This document shows, piece after piece, positions 14,400-27,129 of a stretch of DNA of 64,000 nucleotides; position 1 is the first letter of the stretch, and each line of letters opens with the position of its first letter. Position numbers and translations under genes: made by a program. Source of the stretch: Sphagnum compactum (taxonomy: Eukaryota); assembly GCA_965153455.1 (NCBI GenBank), contig OZ234493.1, positions 24,976,213 to 25,040,212 on the forward strand, read 5' to 3'. The notes below the pieces were generated by a model. That model did no database searches, was not told the origin of the DNA, and saw only the letters and a list, made by a program, of their open reading frames with translations.

Positions 14400-14830
14400 G
14401 CAGCAAGATAGCAAATCACAAGAAAGCAACAACACTTGTACCTCTACTCTCATTCTCACTACTACTACTACTACTACTATCTCTATTCTCTAGACTTTCT
14501 GTATGTATCTCTTTTGTCCTCTCTCTCTCTCTCTCTCCCTCTATGAAATGTCTCTGTGTCTGTACAAAAGCACCAAGAACAGATTCATTGAAGCCCAGTA
14601 AATGTGGATCCCACCAACCCACCTACCTATCCTTCCACCCACTTCTAGGAAAGGCTCTTTTGGGTACCCAGCTTTTGCCTCTATACCTACTCCTTCCCCT
14701 ACTACTCTTGAGTCTCTTCAACAAAACTCTTATAGGACCTTCACTACTGACTCAGTCCTTAGTACTAAACTAAGGTCTTCAGCTCTGCTTTCTGTTCTGT
14801 TCTGTTCTGTTCTGTTCTCTTCTGCCTGCC
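14400..14830. repeat. Microsatellite cluster (CTA)n, (CT)n, (TTCTG)n upstream of the KUP gene
   Basis: Visible directly at ~14458-14480, ~14519-14537 and ~14790-14817. Confidence 0.8.
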
Positions 14831-17249
14831 TTCTTTGCTTTCAGTTTGCACATGTGATTTGAAACACCCACCATTGTCAAACACTTGTTGCCCCTAATCA
14901 GAATTTTCTAGTGTATTTGGATGGTGTTTTCTAATGCTCAAATCTCCGAGGAATGTCAGCCTCGCCCTTTGCATCTTCAAGAAGGGGTATCTCTTACTTT
15001 TTCACAAGGAATCTTTGATTTCTCATGCCCGTGTCTCTTAATTTTTCACGAGGAATCTTTCATTTCTCGCACGCTATCTCTTAATTTTCTTGGCAAGGAT
15101 CTTTCATTTTTTGATTAATCTCTTGACTACGTTTGTTTGATAAGGATTTTATTTTTTTTGTGAATAATCTCTTTTTGTCAAAAGATAAAGATTTCATTTT
15201 TTTTTGAGTCAAATTCTTTATGTTCAATTAAGGCACTCGATCAAAAGCATTTACAAGAAGCGAGCTTAATGCCAAAGGTCTTGCCTCATAAAGGGTCTTT
15301 CTTCTAGTAATGCTTTTTCAACCTCGAGCCTAACCTTTACATTTACAACACATATTTATTACCACCCAATATTTCTTGTTTTAAGTTGTTATTAGTTCTT
15401 CTTGCCTTCCTCTTCTTCTTCATCTCCTCTCTCTCTTTCTCACTTTGTACATCTACCCAAAATACTTAGTACTAGGTAAAGCCCTGGGTTGTGAGTAGTT
15501 TTATCAAAATAAGGGCCCACATGAGGCAAAGTTGAGCACAATAGGGCTCAAATTCTAGTCACCTTAAGTGGGCTTGATTATGGTCAAGGGCTTTATCACA
15601 CACCTTGCAACAACGTGTATTTCCATTTTCCCCCCTCGATACCTAACATTCCAATGAGCATTTTGTTTTTTTCCAAACAATCCCCCAAAAGCAAAAAGAA
15701 TAAATAATGTTGGGTAAATGTGCCCTCTAGTTAGAATACAAAAACCTTAAAAATCATTTAAAAATGTTATTTTACTATCTAATAAAACTCAAGTTTAGGG
15801 TTTAGTTTAGGGTTTAGCGTGTTTGTGATGCCTTGTTTCTTTCACTTGTACATGTGATTGGAATACTTACTTATTTATTTATTTCTTCTATCCACTACTT
15901 GTTTCTTGGTTAATTTTTTCTTAGCTATTTTTCATAGCTAGAGGTAGGTAGGGATAAATAATCACATTTTGCAAACTTTGACAACTTTTTGTGTTGTTTT
16001 TTTTTTGGCATCTCCATGTGTCCATTCATTTTCACCTTTTTGTTTTTTTTGTTTTTGGGATCATTTCAGTCATGTCTCCATTCATTCTCTCATATCTCCC
16101 TTTGTGCTCTCAATCATTTGCTCTCTCGAGCTTTCTCAACTCCAACGTGTTTATCTAAGCTTGCGAACACGTTACCCTTTCAAACTACTTTCCTTTTGCA
16201 TTTTGGAGTAGTCATTGTTCATCAACATCCATTTTTGGAAACACAAAGCAAGCAATTGACATTCTTCTTACTACCAACTTTCTTTGTTGGCTTTGTGCTT
16301 CCAAAGATCATTGTATTTTAGATTCATTGCACACTAATTCGCTTGACATCAAAGTTATCAAAAGCTTGCATCCTTTGAAGGAAAAAAATTATATTGTGGT
16401 TTTTTATTTGGTTGTGATTTTGGCTTTTAATAGGAAAAAGGGGTTTCAATTTCCCAAATCAATTTTACTAGCAACCCCTTGAGACCCACCTTGGGTAAAC
16501 CAGCACCCACATCGGAACCATGGTAAAAACCCAAAACTTCATTTAGATTGGTTCTAACTCATGCTATGAATAAATCAAGGTTTGTGAGTCCAAATCTAAC
16601 ATTTAGTGGGCTTAATGACCATTGAGAGGCCTCCCAAAAGAAGCTGAAGGTACTAAGCCTAGGGTGTGTGGGTGGGTGGGTGGGTTGGTGGGAAGCCCTA
16701 AACCCTAAACCCTAAACCCAACTCTTGACTTTGACTCCTTGTCCTAGGTTAGGTTAGAGTGTTATAGGCACATGATGCACACACAAATTTGGGAATGTTA
16801 TTGGAGCACATGTTGAGAAAGTAGGTCTTTTTGGAAACTTACAAGGCAAGACAATTCAAGCTTTTTTGCCTTGCCTTTGACAAGGATCAAGAATATGTAT
16901 AGTATGATCCACTTTGGTGCTCTTTGGATTTGGGTATATTCTACCTCTCATCAAGCAAAGCCAGGCATTGTGGGTAAACCCTTGGGTTGGGAAGGGTGGT
17001 GAAAGACTTGCCCAATAGAATAATCACTTCTTCCCTCCTCCTCCTCCTCCTCTTCTTCTTCTTCTTCTTCCTCCTTCAAAGAAGAATTTGCATGCACAAA
17101 ATTTTGTTTTGTTTGAAACCCAATTGAGTCAAAATCCTTTAGACCCTTTATAGCTCTTGTGCTAAGGCTCACCATTCATTCCAGTGGTGTTGGATTTGCC
17201 AAATGGGTATGGTCTTTCAAAGTCAAAAAACACACCCTTGTCACCACCA

Positions 17250-17710
17250 CCAAGCCATATATTTTTTCGTGCGAAATTTTGCACAAATGTGAAATTTTTA
17301 ATTAAAATTAAAAAATAAGAACATTCTGTCACATATTCCCTGCTTTTTGGAGGAATAAAATTGCCAAATTTTGGGGAAAATTTTTGAACAAATTTCATCA
17401 CATTTTTAATTGGATTTTAACAAGAGGCGAAGAAGGTTTGGGGGGGAGGGGGGGGGGGGGGAGTTTTCTCACTTTTTTGACCTGAAAAATATTATTTCAA
17501 CACTTATATAGTCTGGACTTGAAAGGATTTTTGTGAAAAAAAAATGGCCCCAATTTGCCAAATTTTTACAACAAGTTCCAATTAGTAGCCAAAATACATA
17601 TAAAAAGATCATTAAAATGTTTAAATTTCATATCTGGTTTATAATCAAATTTGGGCTAATTTTCTTGTGGGTGATCACCAATTTGGCTACATCACAAAAT
17701 TGAAAAAACA
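17250..17710. repeat. Copy of a dispersed non-autonomous repeat family (core TTTAGCCAAATTTGGCTAC / ATCACAAAATTG)
   Basis: Related segments in either orientation at ~33420-33720, ~35125-35240, ~53735-53960, ~54570-54780 and ~56090-56360. Confidence 0.65.
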
Positions 17711-19920
17711 CAACCCTTGCCCTTGTTGCTTTCTACAATAATTTTAATTTTTTTGGGGGTGGCATTAGTTGTGGTAATTGATCCAATTGCTGAAAATTAT
17801 TGAGGAAAGGAAAGATGGGTGTATTGGACCTCACATTGGGCATGTGTGGTAGAGCTTTTTAAGTCTTTAGTTCAACCGGGCCATTTAGTTGCAAGAAATT
17901 AAATATCCCCTAACAAGCTTTGTTTGGTTTTGCAAACTATGCTCTTGAAAGTTTGTCTCCTTCACAATCAAATTTGTTCTACTTAAAGAATAGAAAAAAA
18001 TGTCTTTGTTTTGTTGTTATATTTTGAAGCATGATAGTTAAAATCATCGTATCTCTAGAAACATCGAAACATCAGTCACATTGTGTTCATGTCGATGGTG
18101 AAATATGATAAGTAAAATGGAGGAAAAGAATATTAAAAAGAAAAATGGTGTGACAACATTTTTCTTTTTAGACATTGTAAAGAAGTTGGATTGAATTTAA
18201 TATGGATAGAATATATTTTAAAATTCATTAATCAATATAATTAAACATTGTAAGGATTTATATTTTTGGGAAGATTTTTAAACATGACATATTTTCGGGG
18301 AAGTTCTTTAAACATAAACATAATGATGTATATTGTAACATTTTTTTAAGTTAGATTTTCAAATGAAAATTCAATTGAACTTATAACAATATTTCAAAAT
18401 CTTGCAATAACCTACAAATAGACCAATTTGAACAACTTTTTTTACTTGGCATTTTCGTCGTAAGGATGCAAATTGACATTAGATTCCAATTCTCAAAGTC
18501 AAAAAATCACTTGAAAACACGTTAAGAATCATTTTCCTCAACTTATGAAAGTGTGTTTGAATCTTGAAACACTTTTTTGACTTGCTCCCCTTCTCATGCT
18601 TTATAATTAAAATATGAACGACATATGACCCATTGCTTTTATTAGTAATTTAAGAATAAAAAAAAGAATTGACCTAAATTTAAAATAAGGTTATTTCATA
18701 TGTGAGTAATCAAAGAGTTATTGAATGTGTTGTTCTTCAAAATTTAAAGAATTGCCCAACACTATTTCAAACATGGCATTCATGCATGCATCAAAATATA
18801 TGACAATTGTAATGTCCAATTCAGGTATTAAAAAAATAATCTAGTTAAAATACGGTTCTTCAATGTAAAAATGAAGCCTTGAAATTTTTGGAATATGAAT
18901 GTCAATAACTATGGAAATGGGTAATAATTTTTTTTCAAAAGCCCAATTTTAAAACTTTTTGGGTAGCTCATAAAATGAGCTTTCAAAGGTAGTGCATTGC
19001 TACCCACCTCTAACCCCACCAACCTCATTGGTGCATTTTTTAGTGGGAGGGTTTGCATGTTTCGCATGTTGAAGGTGATCTCGTTCCATTGATGTCTGAG
19101 ACATAAATAAAAACTATTCTAATTTATTTTCTAAAAATTGGAACCAAAGGTCTTTATAAAATTAAAGAACTATCCAACACCACCCCAATATTCCCTTAGT
19201 TTTTGCCATACATATTTGGCCATCCTCTTTAGTCATAATTGGATTCCATGCTTGGTAACAAGGGCAATTGTCCAAGTTCTTTGTGGGTAGAGAGGCCTTC
19301 TCTAACACATTATGGGAGCACTTCGATAATGTGTAAGAGAAGGCCTCTCTTATCGAAGCATTTAGGTGAAATATGCATCAACACACCATACCTTTCTTTT
19401 ATTTGGGCCTTTGACAATGTTTATCACCTCCAAAATGGCTTATCAACTATTTCTCAATCTCAACTTGTAAACATGAAAATTGAGACAACATAAAGTGGGA
19501 GACTATTCAAATAAAAATCAATTGGATCAATCATATTATTTGACCAATTAAAAATGATTATTTTGTTACGTAATTTTTTGCAAGCATTGGGTTCCTATGC
19601 ACATATATTGGCTCAAAGCTAAATTTTTTATTCCAAAACCAACATAAATTGGAGTATACTTCATCCAAAACATACTTTGCAAGTCACTACTACAAAAAAT
19701 GATATGCACATACAAAACTCTATTTCACATGCCAAATTCCAATGTCTTGTCTCCAATTCCCACCTTGGCGTAAATTATTGTGCTTATTACCTATTGTTGT
19801 CTCTATAACACTAGATTATGTGATCCAACACCCACCAATGCAGCACAATAGAATCCAAACCCATCCTAATTCGGTTGCGGTATAGTTGTGGTTTATAAAC
19901 CACAAGTGTGTTAACAAGGT

Positions 19921-20320
19921 GGAACCTTGATAACCTATCTTGTAAACCTTCCTAGTTCCACCTCACATTACCTAGGTGACTATCCATGTAATGCCTAACT
20001 ATCATAGGTAAGTAGGTAGAGAAGGTAAGTGGTTCCTATGTAGGTATGCAAGTAGGTAAGGCAATTCTTGGTGGCTACTCAATGGGTAGATGCATGTGGA
20101 TGGGTTACTACATAGCTAGTACAAGCCGGAAGGAACCTTGGTAAGTTATCTTGTAAACCATCCTACTCCTCACACTACCTATGTGACTACCATTGTGAGT
20201 GGGTAAGTATCATAGGTTAGTAGGTGAGGAAGGTAAGTGGTCATTATGTAGGTAGGTAGGTAGGTAGGTAAGTAGGTAAGGCAATTGGTTGTGACTAGGT
20301 AGATAGATGCATGTGGATGG
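19921..20320. repeat. Diverged tandem duplication, ~210-bp unit x2, rich in GTAG/GGTAA
   Basis: GGAACCTTG.TAA..TATCTTGTAAACC.TCCTA...TAGATGCATGTGGATGG starts at 19921 and again at 20131. Confidence 0.8.
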
Positions 20321-21533
20321 AGAGTAGTAATACATGGGCACCATAGTAGTTAGCTATGGGACAAGGAATACAATGAAAATAGTGCCTTCTCAAACCCCAA
20401 TCTTGATGTGGATTTGGATACACTTGAGGAACCTTCTTGCAAAGGTGGGTTAATTGTTGTTTGCAGATTATCTTCAAGCATCTCCACTCATACATACATA
20501 CCCCTTTTTTTATTCATTTCTACTTATTCATAAGCTTTGCAATGATTAGACAAGGTGCTTCCCAGGTTCTTTTTATTTTTATGTTTTTGCAATGAGCCAA
20601 TTGGATTGGGCCGATCACCTTAAAAACTCAAACTATGGAGAGTTTCCAATAATAAAAGGTTTTATTTTGAAGCATATAATTCCTTCCCTTTGGCCCAAGG
20701 TATGTACATGAAAGGAGGACAACATTTGCCAAAGCATATGGGATAAAATTGAGGTGCTATTGGCAACTCTTTGCTTTGACCACCCACCCTAGCCTACCCA
20801 CTAGTCTTCCTACTAGCCTACTTTTCTATTGCTTAAATGAGGTGTATATTTAATTTAATTTTTAGTTTATTTTTTATTTTTTTGGGGTCACAAATGAAGA
20901 AATTCATTACCAAGAGAAGGCAAAACAACCCCAACACAGGGGAACATATAACCAAGTGCTCAAGGAAAGACTCAACTAATGAATACCCAATAGGCTATAA
21001 TGCACAATATAAATGGGGCTAGCTCCTCTAACACTTAACAAGGGGTGTGTCACATTGTAGCCTTGCCATTTACATTGAAAAACATGCATCTTTAAGGCAA
21101 AAGAAGAATTATCAAAACTCAAATATTTCACACGGTGCCAAAATATAATCTTCAAGAAATCCTCTAAAAGAAACCAAAATCCTTCAAGATATCATATTAA
21201 CTCTATTATATAAACTAATCTCAAGTTTTCAACACAAGCCAAAAACTCATCTTTCAAAAATCCTCATATGAAAATAGACCTATTATTATTGATTACCTAG
21301 GGGCCACAATCCCTTAAGCTAGTATGAACTCCATAATGAACCTAAACACAAGATTCTTGGCTTTGGTAGTCAAGGCCAATAAAAGGGTGAGCAGCAAAGG
21401 CTTGCAAGCTTTTAAAGAACAATGAGTACAAAATTCCCTTTCTCCAGTGATAGACTACTAGACAACCTCTCTCCCAATCATTAAGAACTTAGTTGCAGTT
21501 TGGGGGCAGGCAACAGGCTTTATCATGTCTCAA

Positions 21534-23169
21534 CTAGTGGGTACCCGTGACCTTCGGACACTGTGACATATGACATCACTTTCTCTTCTATTAACAATAT
21601 TACGAACTCTATACATAACAAAACAACATAATTCAAAATGTTTATTTTTGAAAAAAGGTGTAATTTGCAAGTCTAAGTTCAAGTAATTTTCTGAAAATTT
21701 CAACAAACCTTGTCATACTTGCAACATAAAAAAATTAAAAAATAAACTCATGAACATGTGTGAAACTAAATCCTTAAAAATAAATATATTGATTATTCGA
21801 TAGTTACTTGCTGAACCCAATCACAGCCTATGATATATCATCCCTCCCCCAAATTACACATACCCACTAAAGTGCCCCCAACATACAACCCAAGGAGGAC
21901 GACCGGACGGACAGTGACCTTCGGGCACTGTGAAGTCCCCCGGATTCTTTAAACTTGGTTCATGTTAATTTTTTCTAGAAACTTTTTTTTTAAAAAAATT
22001 TTTTTTAATGTGTTTTCTGTTTTTATTATTATTTTGTATAATAAAAATAAAGTGTTTCTTTTTCACTTTTATATTTTTGTTTATTTGGATGCAAGTTTGA
22101 AGTTTGGAGAAAGAAGACACACCTCATTCTTTTTCAAGCAGGGTTTTTCTTCATTATATAAGTTTTATTTTTTCTTATTTTTTACTCTTGATTTGGTTTC
22201 TTCATTTTTGTAAAAACTTTTCTTTTAAAATTATTTTACTGTATTTCCCTTTCCTTGTTTCATTTGTTTCCATCATTTTTTAAAGTTTTTGAGTTTTTAC
22301 TTTTTTTTGTTTATGTTTGTTTCATGCTTTAATTTTTTCTATTCTTATTTTGTCTATCTTCATTTTTTTTAAATTCTGCATTTATTTATTTATTTATTTT
22401 GTTTCTATTTTCTTTTTCAAAAAGATTCTAGTTTTTCTGATATGTTTTGTAATGAAAATAATTTTTAAAAACTTTTGTATTTTTGTTTGATTAGATACAG
22501 GTTTGAAGTTTGGAAAAAGAAGACAAACCTTTTTTTTTTTTTCAAGTATGGTTTTTTTTTTCTTTCTTTTGCTGTCTATTTTGTTTTTTATTTTTTGTCA
22601 TCTATTTTTAAGTTTTCTTTTAAGATTATTTTACTGTATTTCCCTTTTTTGTTTCATGTTTAAATATATTTATTTTATATGTTTTCATTTATTTTCTATT
22701 TTAAAGTGTTTTAAAAAAGTTTATAATTGTTAAAGAGTTTTTTTTTTTTCTAGCTTTTTCCCTTAAAAAAAATATTTGTTCTGTTTTTTTCTTTTTTGTT
22801 ACAACTTTGTTTTATTTTATTTATTTGTTAATAACTTGTTTTTTTCTTTTTTAATTTGAAATTTCTTGTGTTGTTTTAAAAAGATTTCTTCTTTTGTTTC
22901 TCATTTTTTTTCAACAATTTTTAGTTTTTTAAAATTAGTTTGTAGCTTTTGGCAAATTGCAAGACTACAGGAGTTTTTCATAAACTACAGGATTGGATCA
23001 CATGAACATGTGGATAAACTGCTGCCACCGCCATGAGTCGTCATCCTCCTCCTCTTCCATCATCTTCTTCTTCCGAGATGAAGAACTTGGATGACGGGAT
23101 GGATGACGGGACAGATGACGGGACGGATGGATGGAAAGGACGACCACCCAAGGATATTATATAAGTAGA
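21534..23169 (-). mobile_element. Non-autonomous Helitron, ~1.64 kb, with both termini
   Basis: On the minus strand it begins A^TCTACTTATATAAT at 23169 and ends with an imperfect hairpin GTGTCCGAAGGTCAC followed by ...CCACTAG^T at 21534. This gives 5'-TC, 3'-CTAG, insertion between A and T, and no TSD. The interior is very AT-rich and non-coding. Confidence 0.8.
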
Positions 23170-23691
23170 TAGGGTTTGAAATAAGTAGCATCCATGTACA
23201 TACAGTATCAATTGCATCATGCTCATGTCAACAAGATTGTCCTTCCCTTGGCAGGCCATGACACAATACAAAGGTCTTCTTATTGGCTCTGTCCTACAAA
23301 TTGCATAATTAAAATTTGTAGGATATTTTTGTTCATTAATAGACCATAATTTAGTCGTCGAATCATGAATATGATTTTTTACTGTTAAGTTGCAATCAAC
23401 CGTGTAATCAAAATTAATTATAGCCAAAACAATTAGTAAAAGGTAAATAGGTTAGGTTTAGGGTTTCAATCAGGTTTTTTTTTGTCCTGTACTAAAGATT
23501 ACATTGTATGTTTGTTATCTATTTTTCTAACTAACATGAACATTGTGCTTGACTTAAGTTTTGATTTTGTATCGATGTTTTTTACAAGGTTAAGTTTTTT
23601 CAAATGTGTGTTTGTTAAGTCTCATTTTTTTGCTACTTTGTTTGTTGGTTGTCAAATTCATTTTGGTAAGTTTTATTTTCTTTCTTGCACA

Positions 23692-25100
23692 ATGGCTATT
23701 ACTCTAGTAAAAGAAGCTCGATTAGTTGTTGTAATGGATAATTTGGATTTTGGAGTTAGAGATGTTGCGTTTGAAACAAAGGTGTTTAATGGGTATGGCA
23801 CCTTTGATCAAATTGCAAATAGAAGTGTGAAAAATCCAACCTATGCATATTTGCATTGTGATTTGTTGCTTTGACCACAGTTACTTTCAAAATCAAATCA
23901 CCTCATATAGATATACATGAGTAGTATTTGCAAAAAGGCATGTTTATAAGGGTCAAAAATTTTGGCATTGAGTAAAAGTCCAAAAATGAATTTGAATAAG
24001 GTGACATGCATGTTGTCATTACAATTGAGTTGATGACCTTTGTGTCACCCATCACTATTTTTGAACCAAAGTTGGTTCCCATGTTTTTCCACATGGATTC
24101 CATTAAGGAATTTCGAAGTTCTCTTCAAAGTTGGAACTCTGCTACTATAGTTGTCATCATTATTGGTGTAAAAGGACAAAGGAATAGCAAAGGTGAAAAA
24201 TAATTATTGATTGCAGATGGGTGAAAACCTGATCAAAGCAACTAGGGGCGCCAAGGTAAAAGTCCTTTTCCAAGGATTACACATGACACGTGTCATTTTT
24301 ATGTTGGTTTTATATTTTGTATTTTGGATACCTAACTTAACACTGCATGTTGGATATAAATATGTTTTGACTACAAATTAATTTTATATCATATATATTA
24401 TGTATTCATGCCCTGTATCACATAAATATGAATTTTTTTTGTTCAAGCCACATTCTCAAAATCCATAATTTTTACGGACAAAAGCATAATTGAACCAAAT
24501 GTGTTAAAATTAATTATTAAATATTTTCATTAGTTCAAAAAAAAAAATTCTAATGATCAATGTTAAAATCCTCTCCAATTTTCAAAATGAATGGTGCACA
24601 TTTGGTAAAAAACAAAATGTTTGCAAAAAATAGGATTGTCCACTTTCAAAGTTTGAATGTTTTGAGCATGCAAAAACATTTTTGTGTCAAACTTTAAGCA
24701 TACAAACTTTACAATTAATGGAAAATATTCCAATTTTTTTGTAACAATCTAAACTATTATGCTTCCTTTGTGATTTTTCAAACATACAAAAATGTAGTTT
24801 TAAGGAGTGTTCACTCACTTGGGTGGCTCCTTTGATTGTGTTTTCACCTAAATAGAGAAGGTGAATTTGATTGAAATGTTCTTGTTTTTGGTAATATTAT
24901 GAACAACTTCTTAAAGCATATAATAGAGGCCAATGTGTTATGGTCTTGATTAAGAATGTGACAACAACGTTCAAAGGATATTAATATTTGAAAGCACAAC
25001 AATACACAATTTTCACAAAGGTTGTTGATGAGGTTATTTGAACTCATCTTCTCAAGTTGCCCAAAAAATTATCAATTGATCGACCTACATTAAAAGAAGT
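23692..25100 (+). pseudogene. Degenerate, apparently intron-containing gene resembling an RPA1/DUF223-type OB-fold ssDNA-binding protein
   Basis: Fragments across stops and frameshifts: MAITLVKEARL...AYLHCDLLL / TTVTFKIKSPHIDIHE*YLQKGMFIRVKNFGIE*KSKNEFE*GDMHVVITIELMTFVSPI...ATIVVIIIGV...LLIADG, and later EQLLKAYNRGQCVMVLIKNVTTTFKG. The beta-strand pattern resembles OB folds. The assignment was made by eye only. Confidence 0.45.
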
Positions 25101-25304
25101 AAATTCCTTTCTTTCCATTTTTTTCAAAGACATTTTGAAATTTGTTTTCAAAACTAAGGGGAAAAAAAAATCAAAGGTGCCAAATGTTCATCTATACATC
25201 ATTTACATTTTTAAAATAATGAAAAAGTTAAGATATTAAATTTAGATAACTAAATAATATTTAATATAATTAATAATAATAATAATAATAATATAATTAT
25301 TAAC

Positions 25305-25670
25305 TGGATGGGCACTTGATTATGCCATCAGGCCCAATCGAGTGGCCATTTGGTTATGTCCTTAGGGAAAAAATTGTTTTTTTTCCTAACAACTAGGTGA
25401 CTATTCAATTGTGTCCTTAAGGAAATTTTTTTCCCCTTAACAATCGAATGCCCACCTAGTTGTGTTTCCAGGGAAAAAGAAACCTTTTTTAAAAAATAAT
25501 CAAGTGGCCACCCAATTGTGTCCCTCCCATAAGGAAAAAAACCATTTTTTATTTTTTAACTTTTTTTCACATATGGGTGGCCACCCAATTGTTTCCTTCC
25601 CAAGGAAAAATAAATTTTAATTAATAATCGATAAGCCTCCTGATCATGTCCTTCCTAAGGGAATTTTTTT
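25305..25670. repeat. Diverged minisatellite, ~50-60-bp unit, about 6-7 copies
   Basis: Recurring CAATC(G/A)AGTGGCCACC(C)AATTGTGTCC(C)TTAGGGAAAAA-like unit. Confidence 0.75.
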
Positions 25671-26389
25671 TTTCTTTAGTTTTTTTGTTTGAAAATTTTA
25701 TTATTTTTTTTATTTTTTCTCATTTTTCATTACTTTCTTATTTTAACATATCTTGGTTTTATTTTTCAAGTGACTGGGGTGTTATCCATAATTAACTCTT
25801 CCATTCCAAAAAAATTGTGGAAATTGTCATGTAGCAGATGTCATTTTTTCAATGGGTGATGTTCATTGTAATGTTTGTCATTCAAAATCAAAGCTTCATA
25901 AATCAAGTTTCCTTCAAGGTTCCATTGCAACCAATGATGGACCCATATTGTTGACCATGAAAGGAAAATGATTTCAAGCAATTGTGCATATGATAGAATT
26001 TGAATCCTTGAATTAGGCTCATCCAAAACAAGTTCAATTCCTTGTTTCAATTCGTGTTTGTGGTAAATTTCAATTGTCACCCACATTTGGCCTTATTGGT
26101 TTCCAAGAAGACATACAACAATTGATCCCAAAAGCATAAAAACATTTGAGTGCTAAAGGGTTGGTTGCTCCTTTCGTAATTAATTTTAATGACAATGTTT
26201 AGCAAAATGTGAAACACGCTTCACTTTGATGGGTTGAAATAAGGTTTTAATAAACCCTTTTAAACACTACAATTGTTGATTATAGTTTTTGTGCAACCTT
26301 TCTATAATTACCTTTAGTTTACAAATATTGGACATATATGTGAAAACTTCTTATACCATAATTTTTGTGTTTTCTTCTTTTTGGATGTT

Positions 26390-27010
26390 TGGAGCGATTT
26401 TTCAATATAAGTAATTTAAAAATACAAGCAGGTTTTTAATCCAAGGAATTTTCAATGCAAATTTTTTAAAGTATTAATAGTTTTTCATGTAAGAATTTTT
26501 TTCAATATAAACAAATTTTCAAAATAATTTTTTTTCCATGCAATCAATTTTTCAATACAAGCAATTTTTTAATACAATCAATTTTTGAATCCAAATAGTT
26601 TTTTAGTACAAGGAGTTTTTCCATCCAATCAATTTTTGAATCCAAGTAGTTTTCCAGTGCAAGCGGTTTTCAATGTAAGTAGTTTTTCCATTTAATCAAA
26701 TTTTGAATCCAAATATTTTTTCAGTACAAGTAGTTTTTCCATCTAAGCAATTTTTGAATGCAAGTAGTTTTCCCATCCATTCAAGTTTTGAATTCAAACA
26801 TTTTTTCTAATTAATCAATTTTTGAATCCAAGCAATTTTTAAGTATAAATAGTTTTTCATCTAATCAAATTTTGAATTTAAGCAATTTTTAGTATAATCA
26901 ACTTTTTAATATAAGTAGTTTCCAATATAATCAATTTTTAATATATAGGTTTTTTTTCCAATATAAACATTTTCTTTAATTATAAATATTTTTTCAATCT
27001 AAATATTTTT
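26390..27010. repeat. Diverged minisatellite, ~18-19-bp unit, about 30 copies
   Basis: Recurring CAA(G/T)(C/T)A(A/G)TTTTT(C/G)AAT.C units such as CAAGCAATTTTTGAATC and CAAGTAGTTTTTCCATC. Confidence 0.8.
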
Positions 27011-27129
27011 AAGAAAAAAATTCTATGTAATTTTTCTTAATGAATCATTGATTACATGTCATTTTGAATGTGTATGTGTGAGGAAGGCAATTTTTATTAT
27101 TTATATATTTGGATAAAATTGAAGTTCAT

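Noticed and set aside
16506-16514. CCCACATCG resembling the plant snRNA upstream sequence element
   Set aside because: No correctly spaced TATA box and no recognisable snRNA or telomerase RNA downstream.
21962-22733. Phe-rich 'membrane protein' ORFs
   Set aside because: Artefacts of T-rich low-complexity sequence inside the non-autonomous Helitron.
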